Below are positions 1-10,019 of a DNA stretch of 64,000 nucleotides, piece after piece; the stretch's first letter is position 1, and each line of letters starts with the position of its first letter. The notes beneath the pieces were generated by a model. It searched no databases, was not told the origin of the DNA, and was given only the letters and a program-made list of their open reading frames with translations. Source of the stretch: Scyliorhinus canicula (lineage: Eukaryota); assembly GCF_902713615.1 (NCBI RefSeq), contig NC_052172.1, forward strand, positions 6,367,337 to 6,431,336, given 5' to 3'. A program made the position numbers and the translations under genes.

Positions 1-80
1 GTGTACGTTCCCTCGGCCGTAGAAACATAAGTTTCACTGTACTTTGGTACATGTGACAATAAATCAAATCAAATCAAATC
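1..80 (+). mobile_element. 3' end of Rex1/Babar-type LINE with (CAAAT)n tail
   Basis: ...catgtgacaataaatcaaatcaaatcaaatc matches the 3' ends of the longer copies ending near 3690 and 59430. Confidence 0.7.
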
Positions 81-499
81 AGACAAGTGATGATACACAG
101 AGGGCTGATACAGAGAACTGATGATAAACGTCAGAGGACAAAATCTTTGTGTTGATTGGATATTATAATTAAATAGACGTGCCTATGTTCTGATTAGTTA
201 ATTGTTCTCATATAGTATGCATGATGTAGACCTAATCGATATTCATGATTGGATAAAGAAAACTAATAACAAATAATCGGTATATGGTAGTTTATTGCAA
301 TCAAATCATGAGTGCAATTGTTGGTGTAACCCTTCAATCAGAGCTCTCTAGTGTTCCAGCTTGGATTGTCATCAGCCCAACTCTCGCTATAATAAAGGCG
401 TTGTTCACAACTGCAAGACTTTTCGTCTGGATTCTCGTGACCGTCAGTGTTAAGTACACTACAGTGGAATAGCTGTATAATTTCCCCTGAACAAAGGGG

Positions 500-732
500 T
501 AACATGGCATCACCGTGGTCAGCATTGTTTCCTGCGGGTGCTCAGTTTCCTCCCACCGTCCAAAGGTGTGCAGGTTCGTTGGATTGGCTACGCTAATTTG
601 CCCTTAGTGTCCAAAAAGTGTAGGTTCCGGGGATAGGTTGGAGGTGTGGGATTCAGTAGGGTGCCATTTTCAAGTGCCGGTGCATGCTCGATGGGCCAAA
701 TGGCCTCCTTCTGCATTGTAAATTCTATGATT
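500..732 (+). mobile_element. partial V-SINE (HE1-like)
   Basis: gggtgctcagtttcctcccac..tccaaag..gttggattggc..aatttgcccttagtgtcc core plus aatggcctccttctgcattgtaaattctatg tail. Confidence 0.8.
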
Positions 733-1999
733 ATATAATTCAAAGCCCAAGATTGTCCGCATTGAATGGCGAGCAGCGTTGAATGGCCATATGATCTATT
801 CTTCCTTCTATTTCTTGTCTTCTTCTGGTCTTATGCACAGTCACGCCCCGCACTATCTGCCTCCACTGGTACCCGTGAAATGGCTCAGGGTACCCATAAT
901 ATCTGTGCACGCAGGAATCATTCTTTAATTCCTTTGTCTGTCTGCCAGTCTAGCGAAGTGTAGCAGGTTAGGCAGGTTTTGGGGAGGGGTGGAGTGAACA
1001 TTGCAGCTGGATACCCTGTCATCACTAGATCATTCACCTGAAACAAACATTGGGTTGCATTTTATAAGGCACCCATGGGTGTGAAACTAGGTCTTTAAAA
1101 TAGTGTGCCACCCCATTGGCCGCTGCGAGCCCACCTAATTGACCTTAACCTGTGGCCACACCGATCCAATATTATTGATCCTACAGGCTGCTGGCCAGTG
1201 AAAGGGGACAAGGTACCTCCTTCTCGAGACCCCGAAGGTTACCCATTAGAGACCACCCGCAGTTTTGCCTCATTATAACCAACTTCGCCCGCAGTTCCCT
1301 CATCCCCTTACTAGCCTTGCTAGCCCGAGACACTGGAGGTCCAGCTTCCTCGGTGAAAACGTCCGCCTTGGTCTCTCTGCAGTCCGAGCAGAGGCCACTG
1401 ATGGCACTGTAGAGTGCCAGCCTACAATTGGCTAGGAAGTCCATGAGGTGAAATTACCTCTTGAAGATGGACTTGCCTAATAAGAACTAAAGGCTCAGCT
1501 GGCATGAATTTAAATTGGGTTCAACGTGTGTAGGACGGCTCACCCCCAACATTTACACTGGGGGCCAAGGGGCCCCACTCAGGGTATAATCCAACTCGTT
1601 AAATCTCTACAGATTGTCTCCCAACTGCTCTGTATCTTCAGTATTTTCTGCTTTTATTTCACATTTCCAGCACTCACAGTTTTTGTTTTTGAACTGATCT
1701 ACCTTTCCTACCACCTGCTTGCATTTACTTGTCTAAAACGTTTTATCTTTCAGGTTAAAAGTCCTCGCTTAATTAATGTTTTTGTGGCGTTGGCGTGGAT
1801 GTTTGAATCCGGCCCAAAAATGGCAGTATTTTAAAAATGTCACTCATGGTATGTGGATGTCGCTCGTTGGGCCAGCATTTATTACCCATCCGAATTTTTC
1901 TTCCGAAGGTGATGGTGAGTTGCCTTCTGGAACTACTGCTTTACCTGACGTGTCGGTACACCCACTGTGCTGTTAGGGATGAAGTCCCAGGATTTTGAC

Positions 2000-3900
2000 G
2001 CTGCGACAGTGAAGGAAAGGCGATATATTTCTAAATTGGGGAGGTGAGTCACCTGGAGGGGAACCTCCATGTGGTGGTGTTCCCAGGTGTCTGCTCCTCT
2101 TGTCCTTCTTGATGTTAGTGGACGTGAAGGTGTTGTCTAAGGAGCCTTGGTGAGTTACTGCAGTGCATCTTGTAGATTGTACACGCGGCTGCCACTGTTC
2201 ATCTGTGGTGGAGGGTTTGCATGCTTATGGAAGGGGTGGCAATCAAGCTGGCTGCCTTGTACTAAATGGTATCGAGCTTCTTGAGCCTTGTTGGAGCTGC
2301 ACTCATCCAGGCAAATTCAGAGTATTCCATTACAGGAGATGACACAGTCGGTCTAGGATGCCTAGCCTCTGACCTGCTCTGAGAGCCACAGTTTTAACAT
2401 GGCTAGTGCAGTTCAGTTTCTGGTGAATTGTAATCCCCAATATTTTGATTGAGGGGGATTCAGCGATGATAATTCCACTAAATGTTAAGGAACGGTGGTT
2501 AGATCTTCTTTTGTAGGCGACGGCCGTTACCTGGCACCTGTGTGGTGCGGATGTAACTTGCCACTTGTCAGCCCAAGTCTGGATATTGTCCACGTCTTGC
2601 TGCATTTGGACAAGAGCTGCTTCATTGTCTGAGGAGTCGCGAATGGTGTGAACATTGTGCTGTCATCGGCAAACATCCCCACTTCTGACATTATGATGGA
2701 AGGGGGGTTATAGATGAAGCAGCTGAAGATGATCGGGAAAAGGTGTACCATTAGGAACTCCTGCAATGATGTCCTATATTATACCCCTTATACACCTATG
2801 ACTGTGTGGCCAAATTTCCCTCCAACACGATTTTCAAATTTGCTGATGACACCACCGTAGTGGGTCGGATTTCCAACCATGACAAGGCAGAGTACAGGAA
2901 TGAGATAGAGAATCTCGTGAACTGGTGCAACGAAAATAATCTCTCCCTCAATGTGAACAAAATGGAGGAGATTATAATCGACTTCAGGAAGCGTAGTGGA
3001 GAACATGCCCCTGTCTACATCAATGGGATCGAAGTACAAAGGGTCAAGAGCTTCAGGTTTATAGGTGTGTAGATCACCAACACCCTGCCCTGGTCCCCCA
3101 CCCCCATGCCGACACTAACGTTACGAAAGCCCACCAACGACTCTACTTTCTCAGAAGACTAAGGACATTTGGCACGTCAGCTACGACTCTCACCAACTTC
3201 TGCAGACGCACCACAGAAAACATTCTTTCTGTTTGTATCACAGCTTGGTAAGGAGCCTGCTCAGCCCAGGACCGCAGGAAAGTACAAAAGGTAATGAATG
3301 CATCCCAGTCCATCACGCAAACCAGCCTCCCATCCATTGACTATGTCTATAATTCCCGCTGCCTCGGAAAGGCAGCCGGCATAATTAAGGTCCCCACGCA
3401 CCCCGGACATACTCTCTTCCACCGCCTTCCGTCAGGAAAAAGATACCAAAGTTTGAGGTCACGTACCAACCGACTCAAGACCAGCTTCTTCCTTGCTGCC
3501 TTCAGACTTTTGAATGGACATACCTCGTATTAAGTTGATCCTTTCTCGACACCTTGCTATAACTGTAACATTATATTCTGCAGTCTCTCCTTCCTTCCCT
3601 ATGTACGGTATGCATTGTTTGTACATCATGCAAGAAACAATACTTTTCACTGCATACTAAGACATGTCGCAATAATAAATCAAATCAATGTCCTGGAGCT
3701 GAGATGATTGATGTCTAACCACCGCAAGCATCTTCCTTTGTGCCATATATGACTCCGGCCAGCGGAGCGTTTTCCTCTTGTTTCCTTTTGCCTCTAGTTT
3801 CCCGAGGGCTTCATTTTGCCGTACTCGGTCAAATGCTGCCTTGATGTTAAGGGCAGTCACTCTCACCTCACCTTTTACACCATCCCGTAGTTTGATATGC
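2000..3900 (-). mobile_element. degenerate CR1-like LINE RT fragment, split by a Rex1 insertion
   Basis: Minus-strand ORFs MFADDSTMF..., QQDVDNIQTWADKWQV... and VRVTALNIKAAFDRV (3657-3977) are collinear on both sides of 2775-3690. Confidence 0.75.
2775..3690 (+). mobile_element. 5'-truncated Rex1/Babar LINE (RT C-terminus, 3'UTR, CAAAT tail)
   Basis: ORF 2806-3072 FKFADDTTVVGRISNHDKAEYRNEIENLVNWCNENNLSLNVNK; ORF 3294-3533; tail aataataaatcaaatcaa. Confidence 0.85.
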
Positions 3901-4217
3901 ATGATTATTGATATTAAACCAGCTTCCTTATTGGAGATTTGATTCAATCTGCTGCCAGGGCAGAAAGTTAAACTCATGTCCGTGGAGCATTAGATTAGTC
4001 TTCTTTACGACTACATCCACAATGCTCCCAGTTAGACGCAGACACAGTAGAGGCTGCAGATGAAGCGGTGAAAGACAGCGTTATGCATACAATTGGCTAG
4101 ATTCATTCTAAAACCAACCACTCACTGAGAAGCTGGCGAATGATTCAGACTCACTAACTTCAGACTCTGCACTCAAAGAATTAAAAGTAAATATCCAGAA
4201 TGCGTATTAGCTCCACC

Positions 4218-4240
4218 CCGGAAATGACAATGTGACGCCA
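4218..4240 (+). promoter_or_regulatory. ETS/half-CRE composite motif upstream of V1
   Basis: CCGGAAATGAC...TGACG about 130 bp upstream of the leader ATG; same motif at the same position upstream of V4 (16822) and V7 (33506). Confidence 0.5.
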
Positions 4241-4357
4241 TCGGCGAATAAGATATTGCCCGTTGCACTTGTACGTTGAACAACTTGGTGGAGGAAACAA
4301 TAACTCTCACTTAATGCTCAGAATTTCAGATATTCTGCAGTTAAACACCCTTTGAAG

Positions 4358-5245
4358 ATGTTTGTGTGTCGTCTCTGGGTTCTGTTCCTGCTTTTACCCG
4401 GTAAGGTGGAACTGGCCTCTGAGGTGTTCGTGATCCTCACTATTTTTGCCCTGTGTTCCGGGTAGGATTGAATCTGCTTTCCGTAATCATTCACACCCCT
4501 TAAAGATGTCGACTCCCTCTGCGCCTGCTTGTTGCCGCTGTCTCTCTTTCTCACTGTCTTTCTCTCCCTATCTCTCTGTCGTGCTTTCCCCGCCACTCTG
4601 TTCTTCTCCTTGTCGGCCTGTCTTCTAATTCCCTTCTTCAGTTTAATCCTTCCTTCGCCCGGTTATCGTTCAGCGCTTCTGCCTGTTTCCGCGCACTCTT
4701 TATCTCAGTCTGTCCATTCCATGGCTTATCGATTGTCTTTAGTTTCACATGTTTCTCTGTCCCTCTATTGCCTTTGTCTCTGTCGTTCTCGCCTCTCTCT
4801 TTATCTGACTTTAGCTCTTTTCCCATCTCCGTATCGCAGCCATAGGCTCCAGCATTCATTTGCATCTATCCTCCCTTTACCGCTCCATTTTTGCACCCGC
4901 TTCAAGGGTCACAATTTTAACATGACAGTCTTTTGACTATGCTTTACAGATGGGGCGGCCGTGCAGGTCGAACAGACTCCAGCTCACATATCCAGTTCCC
5001 CAGGCAGTCGGGTGAGCATCAAATGCATTTACACAAAGGCAACTGCGAGCAGCTATTTCTACTGGTATCGATGGCATCCTGACCGGGAGCCTCAGAACCT
5101 TTTCTATTCCTTTGGTAGCATCATCACTCCGAACGGTGAGGTGGACGGTTTCACCGCCAGAATAACCGACAACACCCACTTTTACCTGGACTCCTCAGGC
5201 CACTGGGCCAATCACTCAGGCGTGTATTACTGCGCCTGGAGTTTA
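4358..5245 (+). CDS. TRBV: V1: TCR V segment, family A, open reading frame
   Basis: Leader exon 4358-4400 MFVCRLWVLFLLLP with phase-1 GTAAGG; acceptor tttacAG at 4949; V exon 4950-5245 ..VQVEQTP..IKC..FYWYRW..VYYCAWSL, no stops; 23-RSS follows. Beta assignment rests on the CAWS end and overall motif pattern. Confidence 0.88.
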
Positions 5246-5284
5246 CACACTGACTGACAGAGATGGAGGAGTTCAACAAAAACC
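5246..5284 (+). other. 23-RSS of V1 (non-consensus heptamer)
   Basis: CACACTG + 23 nt + ACAAAAACC. Confidence 0.92.
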
Positions 5285-5309
5285 CCAACTGTGGAGGATC
5301 TACCTACCT

Positions 5310-5777
5310 NNNNNNNNNNNNNNNNNNNNNNNNNNNNNNNNNNNNNNNNNNNNNNNNNNNNNNNNNNNNNNNNNNNNNNNNNNNNNNNNNNNNNNNNNNN
5401 NNNNNNNNNNNNNNNNNNNNNNNNNNNNNNNNNNNNNNNNNNNNNNNNNNNNNNNNNNNNNNNNNNNNNNNNNNNNNNNNNNNNNNNNNNNNNNNNNNNN
5501 NNNNNNNNNNNNNNNNNNNNNNNNNNNNNNNNNNNNNNNNNNNNNNNNNNNNNNNNNNNNNNNNNNNNNNNNNNNNNNNNNNNNNNNNNNNNNNNNNNNN
5601 NNNNNNNNNNNNNNNNNNNNNNNNNNNNNNNNNNNNNNNNNNNNNNNNNNNNNNNNNNNNNNNNNNNNNNNNNNNNNNNNNNNNNNNNNNNNNNNNNNNN
5701 NNNNNNNNNNNNNNNNNNNNNNNNNNNNNNNNNNNNNNNNNNNNNNNNNNNNNNNNNNNNNNNNNNNNNNNNNNNNN
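5310..5777. other. assembly gap (N run)
   Basis: run of n. Confidence 0.99.
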
Positions 5778-6941
5778 CAGATCTCTTCTGTATCGGTTTA
5801 TCTATTTAAATGTTAGGCGTCGTTTGGTATGATAAGTGTTTAAATGCATAACATAAATCTGGCATTTCTATTTTGTTAAAGTTGATTCATCATCTTGCTA
5901 CCTTTTACATCAGGTTGGGGTGAAATCTTATTAATTACTAGATTTTCGCATCACGTCTGTGATGTGATCGTCTGCATTTTACGAATAGATTACAACGTGG
6001 GGCAAATTGCTCAAATCTCTAATTGAAAAAAACAGACGGGGCTGTATGAGACGGCATTGCACATAGCTCCCCACTGTGCAATTCAATATTTCCCAGCGTT
6101 GCAGGTCAATTTGGGGGTATCCCACCAATTTCGCTCTACCAACGAGAGCAGTGTTAAGTATCATAAACGATGAAATGAAGCAACTCATATGAAGGCCATT
6201 CCGTACATTTGCATTGTTGAAGAAATATTTGAATAGTTGTATATAGCACGAGAAAATATCCACTTAATTTCCTTCTCCAAATCCCTTAAAAAAGTTATGA
6301 TGGAATCTGCTTCCACTGCCATCACAGGCAGTGCCATCCCAGATGATACATTTCACAGTTGGGAAATATTCTACTGATCTCCAACAGATCTCCTACTGAT
6401 CCCCCACTGCTCTACTGATCCGGGAATATTGGGAGTGAAATAGTTTGGAAACAGAACAAAGATGGAATAATTCAATTATAAAGGGACGAGATGCCGAATA
6501 CCTGATCTATCTCGTAGATTCCAATGTTTGTAATCTAGTTATTTTACCAATTACTTTAAATCAATCGCCCCGACTTTACTGCCATCCTGTCAGTAGTTAC
6601 TTGTTCCTGAACTCGTTCTTCTTATTTACGTTTTTGAAACCCTTTCTGATTTTTAAAATCTTTCAAATGTCGCTTTATTCTAGATGCTCCAATTGGAGCA
6701 AACGACGCAAACTGGAAATAGTTCATCCGTTGAACATGTCACGGATGATTCGCAGTACAAAATGGCAACATCTCTTTCAATACAATTTTCACTGCACACC
6801 TGGCTCCTCACGGCTGTTTAAACATTTGTTGAAAACCGTTGACCCACTTCTCTGACAGACTCTCTCTGTCTTTTGAACAATTTTCAAAGCTTCTGGAAGT
6901 TCAGCACAATGAGAAGATTTAAAAAAAAAACTTTTATGTAC

Positions 6942-7138
6942 CAAATCCCTTATTTCCAATTAAGGGTCAATTTAGAGTGGCCAATCCACTTACACTGCAC
7001 ATTTTTGAATTGTTAGTGTGAGGCCAACGCACTCATGGGGAGACTGTGCAAACTCCATACGGACAGTGGCTTGGGGCGGGGATCGAAACCGGGTCCTTGG
7101 CGCCGTGAATCAGCAGTACTAACCACTGCGCCACCGTG
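6942..7138 (-). mobile_element. V-SINE (HE1-like), partial
   Basis: reverse complement of the tRNA-like head and the ggattggccactctaaattgaccc core. Confidence 0.8.
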
Positions 7139-8973
7139 TACAACAGAAGCAACAATACTTCAACGCGGCTTAAAGAATTATGAAAACAAATAAAACATCC
7201 ATTTATCCCCGCCCCGTCACATTGATAGAGCCATTCATTATTCTCACATCATGCTGCTCCCATTCCTCTTAAGCTCACCCCATCAATGGCACCTCCATCT
7301 CTTTCTCCCCCATTACTTGAACTAGTTCCGCAAAGGCAAGCTATCCGGCACAATCAACTTACTGTGGTAGTGAATTTCATATTCTCACCACTCCTTGGGT
7401 AGGGGTTGCAAATTTCCAGTCCTTTGGCACCTACCCTGAGTCCAAATCAAACTGAAAATTTATGGCCAGTGTCTCTGAAATTTGCTTTCCCATTCCCTCA
7501 GTTTACTTCGAATCATCTCCAAGCATCAAATCTGTGCAGGTTAGGTGGGATTACGCCGTTTGCAAGGATAAGGCAGTGGTGTGGCCCTCGTTATGGTTCT
7601 CTCTCTGAGGTTCCGTGATGGCTCTATGTACCGAATACCTTCCTTCTGCACTCTAGGGATTGTATTAAAAAATCATCCAGTACTGCTGTCCTGTGCACTT
7701 AAAGTACAAGGAGGCTGGCAAATACTTACACCTGCCCAATATTGAAACCCTACTGTATTAATTATCTCTTCTTTAATTGTGGTCAGCGCAGCATATTCTC
7801 CATTGGTTTTCTCACATCCTCTCTGGAGCATCAATATTCAGCATGTTTTTAAGTTTACTTTACCTGACACCGGTCGCAAACGCACACCTTTTCTTCTTTA
7901 TCTTAATTTCTACCTCCTTTATCGTCCAGGTTGATCTGCTTTGGTTTGTCTTATTTATCTCTTTGATGGAATATGCCTTGTCTGTGCCTGAACAATATCT
8001 TGTTTGATGGGAGCCCAGTTCCCAGCTATCGTTTTTGCTGCCAATCTTTGGTTCTCCGCGGTACCGCATTGAAGTTGGCACTCCACCAATTCAATTTCCT
8101 TTCCTATAGTCATCTTAAAACTTATGATCCAGTGATCGCCGTTCGCCAAGTGTTGCCCATTGATCTTTGATATTATGTAGAATGGCGCACAATTTACAAC
8201 AAAGACATCACAGGTCGGACCAACTGCTCTGTGCCAACCTTCAACCTCCACATTACCTTTGTCTCGCCCTATTTCACCTGACGCGATTAACAACTCAAAT
8301 TATAAAGGCATCATTGCTTTCAGTTACGTGTTTAAAAATAACACATTGTCCTACACTATGTTTCCTCCAAGCGTTTGTTTCCCGAAGAGTCTTGCTCAAA
8401 TGTACCGCAAGGGTTGTGCCTTGGTAAGTCCCATGGCAAAAAGCTGCACGGACAGTTCCGGGAAATCTGGACTTCCGTTATGCAATTTCACCACTTGAAA
8501 GCATTCGGTACATCGCTTTAAAACTGGGAATTCAAATGTTTCCCACTTACCCAGCAAAAGAGTTACTCAGGTAAAGCAAGAAGTTTCATCGCCACTTTTA
8601 ACATAGAAACAAAGAAAAAAGGAGCAGCAGGAGGCCATTCTACGCTTCGAGCCTGCTCTGCCAGTCATTATGGTCTTGTCTGATCATCCAACTCAATAGC
8701 GTTATCCCATCTTCGCCTATAACCTTTCTTACTGTGCGGCCAAAGTGCAATAAATAACTGCTTCTTGAAAACATACAATTAGAACATAGAACAGTACAGC
8801 ACAGAACAGGCCCTTCGGCCCTCAATGTTGTGCCGAGCCATGATCACCCTACTCAAACCCACGTATCCACCCTATACCCGTAACCCAACAACCCCCCCTT
8901 AACCTTACTTTTTATTAGGACACAGTAAGAAGTCTTACAACACCAGGTTAAAGTCCAACAGGTTTGTTTCAAA

Positions 8974-9008
8974 CACGAGCTTTCGGAGCACGGCTCCTTC
9001 TTCAGGTG
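8974..9008 (-). ncRNA. minimal type-I hammerhead ribozyme-like motif (left arm)
   Basis: exact reverse complement of 9644-9678. Confidence 0.6.
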
Positions 9009-9643
9009 AATGGAAAGGCTTGTTCCAGAAATGTTTATATAGACACAGTCAGAGATGCCCCGGAATGCGAGCACCTGCAGGCAATCAAATCATCAAAGAT
9101 GCAGAGAGAGGTAACTCCAGGTTAAAGAGGTGTGAATTGTCCCAAGCCAGTACAGTCGGTAGGCCTCTGCAAGTCCAGGCTTGTTGGTGGGGGCCGAATG
9201 TAATGCGACATGAATCCCAGATCCCGGTTGAGTCCGCATTCATGCGTGCGGAACTTAGCTATAAGTTTTTGCTCAGCAATTTTGCGTTGTCGCGTCTCCT
9301 GAAGGCCTCCTTGTAGAATGCTGACCCGGAGATCAGAGGCTGAATGTCCTTGACTGCTGACAACGCAAAATTGCTGAGCAAAAACTTATAGCTAAGTTCC
9401 GCACGCATGAATGCGGACTCAACCGGGATCTGGGATTCATGTCGCATTACATTCGGCCCCCACCAACAAGCCTGGACTTGCAGAGGCCTACCGACTGTAC
9501 TGGCTTGGGACAATTCACACCTCTTTAACCTGGAGTTACCTCTCTCTCTGCATCTTTGATGATTTGATTGCCTGCAGGTGCTCGCATTCCGGGGCATCTC
9601 TGACTGTGTCTATATAAACATTTCTGGAACAAGCCTTTCCATT

Positions 9644-9678
9644 CACCTGAAGAAGGAGCCGTGCTCCGAAAGCTCGTG
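9644..9678 (+). ncRNA. minimal type-I hammerhead ribozyme-like motif (right arm)
   Basis: cac-CTGAAGA-a-GGAGC cgt GCTCC-GAAA-GC-TC-gtg: core, stem II hairpin, palindromic AGCT helix III, UC site, short stem I (cac/gtg). Confidence 0.6.
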
Positions 9679-10019
9679 TTTGAAACAAACCTGTTGGACT
9701 TTAACCTGGTGTTGTAAGACTTCTTACTGTGCTCACCCCAGTCCAACGCCGGCATCTCCACATCTTTATTAGGACACTACGGGCAATTTAGCATGGCCAA
9801 TCTACCTAACCCGCACATCTTTGGACTGTGGGAGGAAACCGGAGCACCCGGAGGAAACCCACGCACACAGGGGGAGGACGTGCAGACTCCACACAGACAG
9901 TGACCCAGCCGGGAATCGAACCTGGGACCCTGGAGCTGTGAAGTATTTATGCTAACCACCATGCTACCCTGCTGCCCCCAATTATTTGACGTCAACCAGT
10001 TTCTGTGGTTACAAATTCC

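Larger units (their letters stand above)
8921..9764. mobile_element. Penelope-like element 3' end with inverted 5' part (hairpin)
   Basis: Arms 8921-9291 and 9359-9731 are reverse complements. They encode a GIY-YIG C-terminus (..HSASDLRVSILQGGLQETRQRKIAEQKLIAKFRTHECGLNRDLGFMSHY). 13-bp TSD tttattaggacac at 8911-8923 and 9765-9777. Confidence 0.88.
8780..9978 (-). mobile_element. young V-SINE (HE1-like) split by a Penelope insertion
   Basis: SINE 3' part 8780-8923 and 5' part 9765-9978 join seamlessly across the duplicated tttattaggacac. Confidence 0.9.

Noticed and set aside
1181-1444. 87-aa minus-strand ORF in a GC-richer block
   Set aside because: No recognisable domain or splice signals; probably a TE fragment
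4529-4936. Hydrophobic Leu/Ser-rich ORFs (also 17287-17712, 15666-16112, 30157-30468)
   Set aside because: CT-rich V introns and flanks translate as pseudo-hydrophobic peptides
5263-5832. ORFs spanning the N runs (also 34534-35233)
   Set aside because: Artefacts of gap translation
6445-6855. Similar ORFs in paralogous flanks (RCSNWSKRRKLEI; 19335-19607; 35786-36106)
   Set aside because: Similarity is explained by segmental duplication; starts, stops and frames are not conserved
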